Assembly (NCBI GenBank): GCA_951406725.2
Contig: OX597836.1
Location: 31,186,001-31,250,000 of the forward strand
Direction of reading: 5' to 3'
From: Octopus vulgaris
Lineage: Eukaryota
Length of the DNA stretch: 64,000 nucleotides
The notes below the pieces were generated by a model. That model saw only the letters and a list, made by a program, of their open reading frames with translations. It was not told the origin of the DNA and ran no database searches. Positions 10,818 to 22,700 of the stretch are shown in pieces; the stretch's first letter is position 1; every line of letters begins with the position of its first letter. Position numbers and translations under genes: made by a program.

Positions 10818-11293
10818 CAGTAATCCCTTGCCATATTGTGGTTCACCGACCACGGTTTATTATGTAAGCTTGCGTCTGTTCCTCTGAGGTGTTGTTTTGC
10901 ATTTATAAAAAAATATGGCGATCTTTCGATACTAGTGATATAACTCACTTATAAACCAAGTGGGTTTATTTACATTTCTGAAGATATATGTACATACATA
11001 CACTGCGCACTGTAACCTTTTGTTTTAAAGGTACACTCACAAGATAAATGTCAACCCAGTGACCCCTGCTCACGATGTCACGCAGTGTATGTATGTACAT
11101 ATATATATCTTCAGAAATGTAAATAAACCCACGTGGTTTATAAGTGACAGTTATGTCACTAGTATTGAAAGATCGCCAAAAATATATATAAATTATAAAA
11201 ATAGTAAAATATTATACAGTACTGTTTCTATTTCATGGATTTTCACCTGGAAGGTTTTGGAGCATAACACCCTCGATAGTCAAGGGGTTATTG
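10818..11293. mobile_element. Tc1/pogo-type MITE carrying a nested palindromic MITE; insertion-free copy at 32862-33073
   Basis: CAGTAATCCCT...AGGG(A/G)TTA(C/T)TG termini followed by TA; colinear with 32862-33073 apart from the insert. Confidence 0.75.
10917..11177. mobile_element. Palindromic MITE with about 90-bp TIRs, GG...CC ends and an 8-bp TSD
   Basis: GGCGATCTTTC...GAAAGATCGCC; AAAAATAT at 10909-10916 and 11178-11185. Confidence 0.85.
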
Positions 11294-12927
11294 TATTTCG
11301 TTCGGATGGACACCCCCATCCTCTTGTAGTGAATCAGATGTTTAAATTCTAGTTTTATAGATATTTCTTTCAAAATTCCTATTTTGTTTTTCATACATTC
11401 ACTTGTGTAGGTTTGCAATATCACACTCCGATGGAACGTGTTTCAGTGGCTGGAAATATGTCGAACTATGTTAAGCATTAGAGGAAGAACTTTAGTTGTT
11501 TCTTGCCATAAATACATCTGAAGCAGAAATTTCTTCATGGCCCTTAAAATACAACTATGGACCCCCTGATTTATTTACTACTATGCTTATGTGGACCCTA
11601 AAAAATTTTATATGGACCTCCATATGCAAACCACTGTTGTAGACCATAGGTTTTTAGGATAGGCTTTCTTGAATACTGTAAATTGCCAATCATCTCGGTC
11701 CTCTGTGAAGCTCAACATCTTGAGATAAGCCTTCACCACTTCGTCCTGTGTTAGTATAGGTCTTCACCTTCCATAAGTTCCAACTACATTTAGCAGTCAG
11801 CATTTCTTTGTATAGCTGTTCTCATTCATACAAATAATTTTTTTTATTTCATCCTTTCCACCTTTATCTCTTACTACAGCTCTCTCTCCTATATACCTCT
11901 GACCTCCATCTCTGTCACTGTACAGTACGCTCACCCCACCCACCCACATCATCTCCATTTATTGCATAGACATCATCTGAGCAACTACTTTCATTATATG
12001 TTCTTATATTGTGGTTACCATATTTTCTTTCTTTCTTGACTTCCCTCCCACATAGCACTAAAACAGCATGCTTTATGAAAAGCTAACATTCAGTGGTCAG
12101 TCTCTTTCACATTTGTCAATGAAGTAATGAATCTTGCCAGGTTTTCATAAAATAATAATAATAATGAAATTATTGTATACAGTGTTCAAGTGCACCACAA
12201 CTTGTCAAAAGTGCGTATAAAGCATATGCAGAAATGTACAAATGTCTGGAAAGTGAACAGTGTACGAGACAGATACATGCTTGTGTGTGTATGGAGGGGA
12301 GAAAATCAGGTGTAGTGTTGGCGAATCTCAGGAAGCATGGAAGTTATGACGGATGCAGTGCTCCGACCTTGCATAACCATCATTTGCTGTAGTCAGCTGA
12401 CTTCCTTCTTTTTGTGAAGAAGGTACTTGATTGGGATTTCTTGTTCTTGCGCTGCATGTGGTTAACCTTCGAGGTTATAAACATGCTGGTAATATATCAA
12501 GCATTAAGGGCAATGAGTTGGCCGAGTCGTTAGCATACAGGGCAAAATGCTTAGGTGTGTTTCATCTGTCTTTATGTTCTGAGTTCAAATTCTGCCAAGG
12601 TCGACTTACCTTTCATCCTTTCAGGGTTGATGAAATAAGTCCCAATTGAGCTCTGGGGTTAATGTAATCGACTTACCTCCACCCCCTCAAAAATGTTGCA
12701 CTTGTTCCAAAATTTGAAATCAATATATGTCGAGCTTTTAGTGTGTTTTTATTCCTTCTATGATCTAAATTTTTTGTTTCAAATAGCAACACATAATCTT
12801 CTTAGTGATCTGGTTTATTTTTTTAGAACAGGGGAAAAGAGGGCTTGTATACAATATGTGATCTCTTGAGCACCACCAGCTCAAATATTTTCTCCTCTGT
12901 CTTCCCTCCTTGGGATCTTTCCTTCTT

Positions 12928-12962
12928 GTTTCTGACGAAGAGCTCCGCTCGAAACGTTAAAC
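12928..12962 (+). ncRNA. Minimal hammerhead ribozyme motif within a (TA)n-terminated repeat (about 12870-13062)
   Basis: GTTT-CTGACGA-A-GAGC(TCC)GCTC-GAAAC-GTT-AAAC: core, stem I and stem II all intact. Confidence 0.65.
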
Positions 12963-13064
12963 CCTCCTTTCCTGAGCGTCAATAATACTTTAATTGTTCC
13001 ATGTCCTGCGTTGCTGTGTTTTTTCTCTTTTTTTCTGTGTTTTCTTGTTTGGATTAACTTTATA

Positions 13065-13114
<50 letters not shown>

Positions 13115-13272
13115 TAGGCATAGGAGTGGCTGTGTGGTAAGTAGCTTGCTTATGAACCACATAGTTCCAGGTTCAGTCCCACCGCGTGGCGACTTGGGCA
13201 AGTGTCTTCTACTCAGGCCAACCAAAGCCTTGTGAGTGGATTTGGTAGACAGAAACTGAAAGAAGCCCATTG

Positions 13273-13303
<31 letters not shown>

Positions 13304-14492
13304 GTGTGTCTGTGTTTGTCCCTTCAACATCGCTTGACAACCGATGGTGGTGTGTTTACATCCCCGTAACCTAGCAGTTTGGCTAAAGAGAATGATTGAA
13401 TAAATACTAGGCTTACAAAGAATAAGTCCTGGGGTCGATTTGCTAGACTTAAGGTGGTGCTCCAGCATGGCCACAGTCAAATGACTAAAACAAGTAAAAG
13501 AGTCTGTGTGTGCTGGTGCCATGTAAAAACCACTCGGTCCACTCTGCCGGGTAGTTGGTGTTAGGAATGGCATCCAGCTGTAAAAACTGTGCCAAAGCAC
13601 ACAGTCTGGTGCAGTCTTCTGCGTGGCCAGACTTCTGTCAAACAGTTCAACTCATGCCAGCATGATGATGTTGATAATGATATAGATAATGATGATGATA
13701 TATAGGCACATACACACACCATATTTTCCAGCATACAAGTTGAAGTTTTTCTGGCTAAAATTTACAGCCAGATATACCAAGATGACATTGGAGGACTAAA
13801 AATTCCATGTGAAGTGTAGCAGGATTTGGAAACCTAGTGATGATGTTCAAACGATTACAATACTTGTATGGCCGAAAATATGGTGTGTATATGTATATAT
13901 ATATATACACCTGGAACAATACTTGTTCCAGGTGCAAAGCAATTGTGGTAGTCCCATATAAAAGTGCCAGTTTGGCATGAGGTAAAAGCACTCATGCAGT
14001 GCCACACAAAAGCCCCAGCACACTCTTTAACTGGTTGGCTTTAGGAAGGGCGTCCAGCCAGAAAAACCAAACCAAATCAGACTGGAGGCTGGTGCAGATC
14101 CCCAGCTTGCCAGCTCTGGTCAAACCGTCCAACCCATGCCAGCATGGACAATGGTTGTTAGTTAAATGATGATGATGATAGTGTTGTTAGGTCCCTTCAG
14201 TACTGCAACATGAATTCATCACATCACATAGTCAGGTTGATGCTAAACTGGTATCCCCATCAGGTTTGTCAAGTGAAGTGGATTGCCAGAAACCTGTTGG
14301 GTTTCTAGCAACCCTCTTGAAAGGTTCGACTTAAACCCTTCGTTGTGGTGACAGACATTAACACACCTGTGTGTTAATGTCTACCATCACACAGTAGCAG
14401 TAGAAGTAAATTGTGTGGAGACATTACTTTACCTTCACTTTGTTAAATCATCTATCCAAACATAGAGATACAAAACCTTCCAAGGCAGTGTA

Positions 14493-14740
14493 GAGGCGCG
14501 TGGCTTAGTGGTTACGGTGTTGAACTCGTGATCGTAAGGTTGTGGTTTCGATTCCTGGACTGGGCGATGCATTGTGTTCTTGAACAAAACACTTCATTTT
14601 AACGTTGCTCCAGTTCACTCAGCTGGCAAAAATGAGTAATCCTGCCATGGACCAGTGTCCTGTCCAGGTGGGGAATTTCTACGCCACTGAAACCGGGAAA
14701 CCGGCTCTTAAGAGCCTAGCATGGCTTGAGAAGGAACATT
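14493..14740 (+). mobile_element. tRNA-derived SINE family C (representative); others at about 18027-18230(+), 26090-26210(-), 35710-36010(+), 38500-38720(-), 48925-49235(+), 50250-50560(-)
   Basis: A box TGGCTTAGTGG, B-box-like GGTTTCGATTCC and shared TTGAGCAARACACTTYATTTCA body. Confidence 0.75.
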
Positions 14741-15120
14741 TATTATATTATTTTCAAGGCAGTGCCTGGCTGGCATGGCTGTAGTCCAATGACTGCAACC
14801 AGTAAAAAATAATAGTGAATGGAAAACTGAAATTTACTCCGGTTGCACTGTGTTTCCTGAATGTTTATAAGGAAGCTGACATTAGCAACTGCACATCATC
14901 TTTATGATCTTTATGCAGATGAATGGAATCAACATTTTTCTGTTTGCTAATTGTGTAAACTAAAAATCGTAGTTACATGTGTAGGTTAAATATACCCAAT
15001 TGTCACTTTTTATTTATATTACAATGCAGAAAATGTACTAAATATTTCAACTCTTCTCCACGGAAGAAAAGATGGCAGTTTAAACCACAGTTGACATATC
15101 TTACGACTGCCAGTTGTACA

Positions 15121-15356
15121 TTATCTATATTTGACGGATATTTATCCTCATCTTGTTTGTTGCTAACACAAGGTTTCAGCTGATATACCCTCCAGCCTTC
15201 ATCAGGTGTCTTGGGGAAATTTCGAACCTAGGTTCTCACTACTAAGGTATTTTTCAATATTATTATTATTATTATTCAGGTCACTGCCTGGAATTGAACT
15301 CAGAATCTTTGGGTTAGTAGCCTATGCTCTTAACCACTGTGTCTTATGCTCATGGA
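15121..15356 (-). mobile_element. Uninterrupted copy of the tRNA-head/(AAT)n/hammerhead-tail element
   Basis: Colinear with 1010-1200 plus 1736-1812; flanked by a degenerate 15-bp direct repeat (15106-15120 and 15357-15371). Confidence 0.8.
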
Positions 15357-15985
15357 ACTGCTAATTGTATAAGCAAACTTTTTGATGTATGTTCACCTAC
15401 CTCCAAAAAAATTTAACATTTGTGTATCACATTAGATTCAATAATAGTTTTTCTAATTCTACATTTGATTTTAATATTTCTAATGTCTTGACCCTTTTGA
15501 GACACCATGTTTGATATGTGTAACCGAAAATGCTAATTTTTTTTTTGCTATTGAGATACAGCTCCTGAAAGACGATCTCTGATTAGCTATTGCACATCAG
15601 TCATTTCAGCGTGTATCACTTGGCTGATCAATAAACCTGTAATTGTGTGAGGACTTTGGTTTGATGTCTGTCTGTAGATGCAAGCATTAGATATTTGAAT
15701 GAGTGGTTGGTCATTCAAGCTTCAAAACTGACAGCAGAGTCACATTGTGTGTGTAAATGTATGTATAGGCACAGACATGGCGGTGTGGTAAGAAGTTTGT
15801 TTCCCATCCACACGGCTCTGGGTTGTCCCACTGTACGTCTGCTTGGGACAAGTCTTCGATTATAGCTCTAAGCTGGCCACCCTTGTAAGTCAGTTTGGTA
15901 GACGGAATCAGAAGCCTGTCTTGCATGTGTGTGTGTATGCATGCGTGTATGTATGTGTATATATATGTATATGTATGTATGTATA

Positions 15986-16283
15986 TCTTCTTTATATATA
16001 AAATTGAAGTTGTGTGTGTGAGACTCTGTCTCCTCCGATTTAGATTCTTAATTACTCCCACATTTTGCGGTGCAGTTTAACCACAAGTGGGTATCTTATA
16101 GTCGTCATTCATATCGAGCGCTTCTGGGTATTAGCGCGCGTCTACGATTTAAAAAAAATTTACCATCATTTTTCTGCATTTTTAATGATTTTTGCTCAGG
16201 TCATATAAGGGAAGTAACTCTCTAAAAATGCTTATATAGTTATTTCCCTTACAAACCCCAACAACGCCGGGCGGTACTGCTAG
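15986..16283 (+). mobile_element. Non-autonomous Helitron-like element
   Basis: A|TC...TATATATAAAA 5' end, GC-rich subterminal CAACGCCGGGCGG, CTAG|T 3' end and no TSD. Confidence 0.7.
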
Positions 16284-16972
16284 TGTATGTATGTATGTGC
16301 ATGTATACGTATGTATGTGTGTGTATGTATGTATGTATGTGTGTGTGTATGCATGTATGTGTATGCATATGTATGTGTGTTTATGTATGTATATGTGTAT
16401 GTATATACGTAAATGTATATTTTCGTGTATGTGTATATGTATGTATGTGTGTGCATGTATGTGTGTGCATGTGTATGTATGTGTGTGTATGCATGTATGT
16501 GTATGCATATGTATATGTGTTTATGTATGTATGTATATGTGTATGTATATACGTAAGTGTATGTGTGCATGTACATGTATGTGTGTGCATGTATATATGT
16601 GTGTGCATATGTGTATACATATGTGTGTGTGTATGTATATATATGTGTATGTATATAGGTATGTGTGTGTATTTATTTATGTATGTAGGTATGTATATGT
16701 GTTCATGTATGTATGTATATGTATATTTTCGTGTATGTGTGTATGTATGTATGTGTATGTATGCATGCATGCATACGTATATGCATGTATGTATGTGCAT
16801 GTAGGTATGTGTATGTATGCATGCATATATTTGTATGCATATGTATGTGTATGTATGTATGTGTGTGTGTGTGTATGTATATAGGTATGTATATGTAATG
16901 TGTATGTAATGTGTGTGTGTATGTATTTATGTGTATGTATGTACGTGTGAGTGTATATGTGTATGTATGTAT
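16284..16972. repeat. Compound (TATG/TG/TA)n microsatellite
   Basis: Direct inspection; source of several spurious ORFs. Confidence 0.95.
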
Positions 16973-17099
16973 GGGGAAAGTCTGCTTTAACAAAATTCCA
17001 TCTGACCCATACAAGTATGGAAAAATGGATGTTAAAACAATAATGGAATGTGTGAATGTGTGTGTGTGCATGCGTGTAAAAGACAACAACAACAACAGC

Positions 17100-19707
17100 A
17101 TTTCTATTAAATGGATTACTTTATTTCATCTTTCCATTTTATTGCTTCCTGACAGAGATTTGGTCAACTTCTCTGTCGTCCATCTACAACAGAGATTACA
17201 TATATATATATATACACATATATATATATGCAGTGGCTTAGCAAGTGGTGATGTAGTTAGTTGTATTGACGATACTATGAAAGGGGTGGATATACAGTCA
17301 TATTACACAGACACAAATATATATATATACATAAAAACATATATATATATATATATATTTTGCTTTGAGGATATGATGAAGTTATACATTCATATTATAT
17401 ATACATTCATATATACACATGCATACAAATAATACATAGGTATTGTGATTTACAAATAGACTAATAGCAGTCCTTACATATAATAGTGTTGGTTTGTTTA
17501 TTCGAAGCCAAGCTTTCTTCTGCAGCTAGCTCAGGTTCCCGTGTCACTAAGAATAAAGCAAATAGGAAACTTCCAGGCTTGAAATGATGGCCTCAAATAA
17601 ATGTATGTATACACATACACGCATGCACACACGCAGGCATACATCCACATATATTTACAGAGAGAAAAAAAAAAAAATGATAGTCTTCGTTTCAAACAAC
17701 ACTTCCTAAGTCACCAAATAATCTATTTCCTTTCGTCGACTTGAAACAGTTCAATTAAAATTGTTGAGAATCCTTAATAATCCTATTTCATGTTGTGTCT
17801 GTGTGTTGCCAAATATGAAATAATAGAAGAAATACCGTCATGACATGACCAGACTTTTCTTTATCTGTGGTGATTGTATTCACTGAGGAATCTCACCTCT
17901 TAACCTCTCTCCGCTTCTCCCACAGATAAACACACGTCTGTTAATTCTATCATTTCATGAATCTCATCAAGCAGTAGGGCCAGCAAGTACTTTGCGCTGG
18001 TTTCGACAGAACACTCCTGTACATGTGGAGGTGCATGGCTTAGTGGTTAGGGTGTTGGACTCATGATTGTAAAATTGTGGTTTTGATTCTTGGACCAGGC
18101 GTTGTGTCATGTTCTTGAGCAAAACACTTCATTTCATGTTGCTCCAGTCCACTCTCGGCCAGTAAAAACTATTAATCCTGTAACGGATCAATGCCCTGTC
18201 CAGAGAGGAATATATATGTTAGGGAAACTGCCTCTGTGCTCCTTATGAAGCAATGTGGACCAACCATATCGCAGCCTTGGACAGGTCCCTTCATTACCTA
18301 CAGGCAAACTTGAACTTGTCCCCCACTGCTCCTGGAAGGGAGGGAGGTGACAGCTATCGGAACTGATGAGGTAATATGCAGTTAAGTGTCTCGAATGAGA
18401 AGTACACGAAACAGCTGTGTTAGGTTTGAACTTAGAGCCCATATGTTTACACTATGATACCTGATGCACTCAAGCCATTTATCTTTGACTTAAAACTAAC
18501 ATAGGTAATCTCAGTTAATATTAACAATATATATAAAGTCTAAATGAACACGGCAAAGTTTAAATTAGGATATTTTCAAAAGGTGGTGACCAGCACCCAA
18601 CATTTGGTTTTGAAATTTTAATACAAAACAATAAAATCTCTGGAAAGTTTTCAAAGCCTGAAACAGTAAAAGTAATCTTACCATTTGTAGCCGATTTGAA
18701 TATAAAGTTCTAACGGTTTCTAATTCTGCCTTTTCACGGAGAAAAGTGTAGTTACATCTTAAAAATACTTAACTAACTAACCCAAAATATGAAATTATAC
18801 ATTTCAAAAATTCAGAAAAAAAAAAATACACAACAAAACTTTTTCTTTTTTCCCATGAAATTAAAAAAATAGAAACCCAATAAAATAGCAGGAAATAATG
18901 AAAAAAACGAAAACCAAATTCACAGGTGTTACTTTATCCCCAACTCACTGCAAGAGTTGTCTAGACTATATCTATCACACCCACATTTATATGTACATAC
19001 ATACATACATACACACGCACACACAGAGGTTTGCTCTAACAGCGTTAACCCTGGGGCTACATGACACACGGCTTTTCACTAGTCACCTGTGTATTTTACA
19101 ATTTACAAAAACACAAAACAAAACAATACTTAGGTAGTTGTACAGGCAGACATTGAAAATCCATCCGTTCACCCATTTGAAACAGCAGTAATAGTTTTTC
19201 AGAGATATTATGGCTATATTTTTGATAATCAATATTTAACAGATCATGTATTAATGATATTTGAGAAATTTTTTGGAAGAACCCTGCCCCCACAAAAAAA
19301 AGAGAAAAAAAAAAAAAAAAACATTTGGTTTTGATGCATTTAATGCTTTGTTGAGGGAGAAAGTGGGTGAATGGTTTCCATGTTTTTGTGTGCTTTTTTT
19401 TTTTTTTTTGGTGTGTTTACATATTAGTAAAGATATGAAAATCAGTCAACTCTGAACATCTTAAATCACTTAAAAAAAAACAAAAACAAAAAACAAACAC
19501 AAAAGAAAAAAACCTTACAGAATCTCAAAGCTGGTTGGTCGGTCGGTTGGTTGGTTGGTTGACAGGTTTTCAATATACATGTGGAATGTATAACAGACAT
19601 TCTCTCGGCCATAACTGAACATTCTGCTGTTCATTAGATGATATGACTAGACAGGTTTTTAAGAAGTTTGTATCTCGACAGCTCTGCACTAAAGGAGTGC
19701 TTCCCAA

Positions 19708-19758
<51 letters not shown>

Positions 19759-22700
19759 GCAGAGTCTCTACTCCACTCCATGAGAGCATCGGAAAGACAA
19801 GTTTGTTGTTAGATGTAGAACAATGTAAATACTAACAACTATAACCGCTAATATATATATATGTAAAAAAAAAACAAAACAAAAACCCAACAGTCTTATA
19901 TAATCTTAAATAGATCGGTTAGTGTTAACATTTTCAAAACATTAAGAGCTCAAAGCTGAAATATGCAATAAGGGATACAACTCTACTGGAACATGTTCTA
20001 GTTTTATTCTGACCTCCTCAGCAAATGAGACTGCAAAGTAACTTGCCAATATAGTGATGAAAAACAATCTTAAAACTTTAAATATATACATACAAACACA
20101 CATGCACACCTTATAGCACATAGTTTGACTAGCAGATTAATGAACTGAAATGATGAGATGTAGTTTAGAAAATTAAAAGCTAAACCCGATAAACCAAGGC
20201 TGAAAGTTGAAGCAAATTTTGTAGTAGGTGGGTTGGGGGTGAGGAGAGGATGTAGATACAAAAAGAACAAAATAGACAAAAAATAAAGGGGGCACACAGT
20301 TCAGAAGCCAGGTAAATAGTAGAAATCAGAAACTGATTCCAGAACAAAAAAAAAATTTGGGAGACGAAAATTGGAAGTCATTGTTCGATGAAAACTTTGC
20401 AGTGAATCCCCAAATCATCGAATCGAAAAAGAAGTAGAACAAAACAGAAAAGAAATAAATATAATATTAAAAAAACCCCAAAAGACTGTCATTGAGGGCC
20501 TTTTCTACTTCCATTTTGTGAGGCCTAGAAAATTATAGATTGTTTCTAGAGAACTTTTCTGATTCAATTAACGCTTTTTTTTAAAAATATATTTCTCTGT
20601 CTCATATTCTTAACGCTTTTGGTAGTAACATTGAAACTGTGCCACTGGTCCTTAGATGAAAAAAAAAAAAGACTGCCTGTTTTAAAAGGTTCTATATTTA
20701 AATTATAAACTCCCATCATAACTTAATTTAAGAACCTCAATATTAAGTTAAACTACCAAACACCAGCTTCACCTTCAACATGCTTAGGTGTATCATGTCA
20801 CCATACGAGTTTTCTCCCTTGTATCTGCAAGCACATTTTAAAGGGAGGAAATCTATATGGCAACATGATGCATCTACAGCATGCTAAAGGTTAATAAAAC
20901 AAAATAATGAAAAAGTTATTTTAAATTCTTCACCTTAATCCCTTACAGACAGCAGAATTACCCTGCAATGAAACAAAGGTTGCCGGCAACAACGCTCACC
21001 GCAATGGGTGTCTGCACGAATACTGTAAGGACATTTTGTTCTGAAGCTCTGGCGGTTCTGTCAACCCGCCAATAAAAACAGGCAGTATATTTCAGTAGAA
21101 ACAGGACCACAAAATGATCAAGGACTATCAGACTACTTCAAACTAATGGCAGTTCTTGGAGAAATGAAGGCAATAACTTGGTAGTTGTGTCACGAGAAAG
21201 AAGAAAATAATTGAAGAATGATAATTTCTAATATATTAAAATTTGCAAATGAATTTGAAAATTTCATACTAATGAAACCTACTTTTTTAGAAAACTAATT
21301 CAAAAACAACTTGTGCCAGCGCTGATTCTCTAACTAAATGTATACAGCATGTGAGTTGACGGAAAAGCTTTGTCGTTTGGAATGTTAAATTTTGGAAGAA
21401 GAGGTTGGACAATTTGGTGTTGTTTTCAATGTAAATGAAAACGTTAAAGGAATATTTATATTAAGGTTGATGCGAAGCGATTAGCATTGCAGTAGTTCTC
21501 AGACAACTTGGGAAAGCATCCAGCACTGCAGAAAATGGCTTCACTTATTAGCAGTAGAAAGAAAAAAAAGTGCAGGCAACAGAATTACACTGCAATGAAA
21601 TAAAGGTTGCCGGCAACAACAATCACTGCAATGGCTGTCTGCTCGGTTAGAAAATGACGGGACAAATACTTCAGATGCCACAGGCTTTGGTTAATAATAA
21701 TAATAATGGATTCTAATTTTGGCACCAGGCCAGCAATTCTGAAGGGAAGGAGTTGGCTGACAATACTATTAACCTACAGTATTTGAATGATACTTCCCTT
21801 TATTGACCCTGAAGGGACGAAAGGCGAAGTTGGCCCTGGTAGGATTTGAACTCAGGATATAAAGAAGTGGAACGAATACTGCAAGGACATTTTGTTTTGA
21901 AGCTCTAACGGTTCTGTCAACCCACCACCCTGATGATGATGATAATAATAATAATATATTGGAATTATATTTCTTGCTTATAATATCATTTGCTTTGTTT
22001 TGGTTAGTAAAGACAGACACACATGGACCCAACTTAAACCAAAGAGAATATAATAAATATAAATTACAATTTGTTCATTCAATGACTTATACCAAAACAG
22101 CAGTGGAAATGTGGAAACAAAACAGCACAACCTATGTGACAATGTAAACAAAACTACACAACCAACTTGTCAAGGCAAGACAACAAAATATAAAGAAAAA
22201 AAAAATCTAAATCTTTTAACTGTCCAAAATATGAAGCCTGCAGCTAGAACAATGGAATTTTTTGCTTTTGTTTAAATTTCCTTAGCGAAGTGACGTAGGA
22301 GGATGGAAGAAACAAGAATTAGCACCAAAAGTATTGAAATGAATGCAAGATAAACCAAAGAATACAGTGGACATTGTGGAAAACAAAAAATTTTTTTCTG
22401 AAGATATTACAACCACCACCACCACCACTGCCAACCCTCACCAACATTTCAGATGGATGGCCTGAACAAACAATAAGATCAGACAGTTGTTGTTGCCGCC
22501 ACACCAATCCAGCCTCCACCAAGCCATCATAAAGATCATACTTGCTTTCAGAACCAGAAATGGAATCAGTAGTTTTTTTTGTTTGTTTTTGTTTTTTTTT
22601 TTAAAAAAGTGACTTTTTCTCCCCTCAACATTTCTAAAAAGCTTTTGGGATTGGGCTTTTTTAAAATTTATATTTTTAACCAAATCATTGTGTCACTGAA

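Noticed and set aside
12881-13600. 239-aa minus-strand ORF
   Set aside because: Runs across a LINE tail, a SINE, a microsatellite and another repeat; chance read-through.
16182-17432. Multiple 100-200 aa ORFs rich in Y/V/C/M or H/T/I/Y
   Set aside because: Translation of (TATG/TG)n microsatellite, which lacks stop codons.
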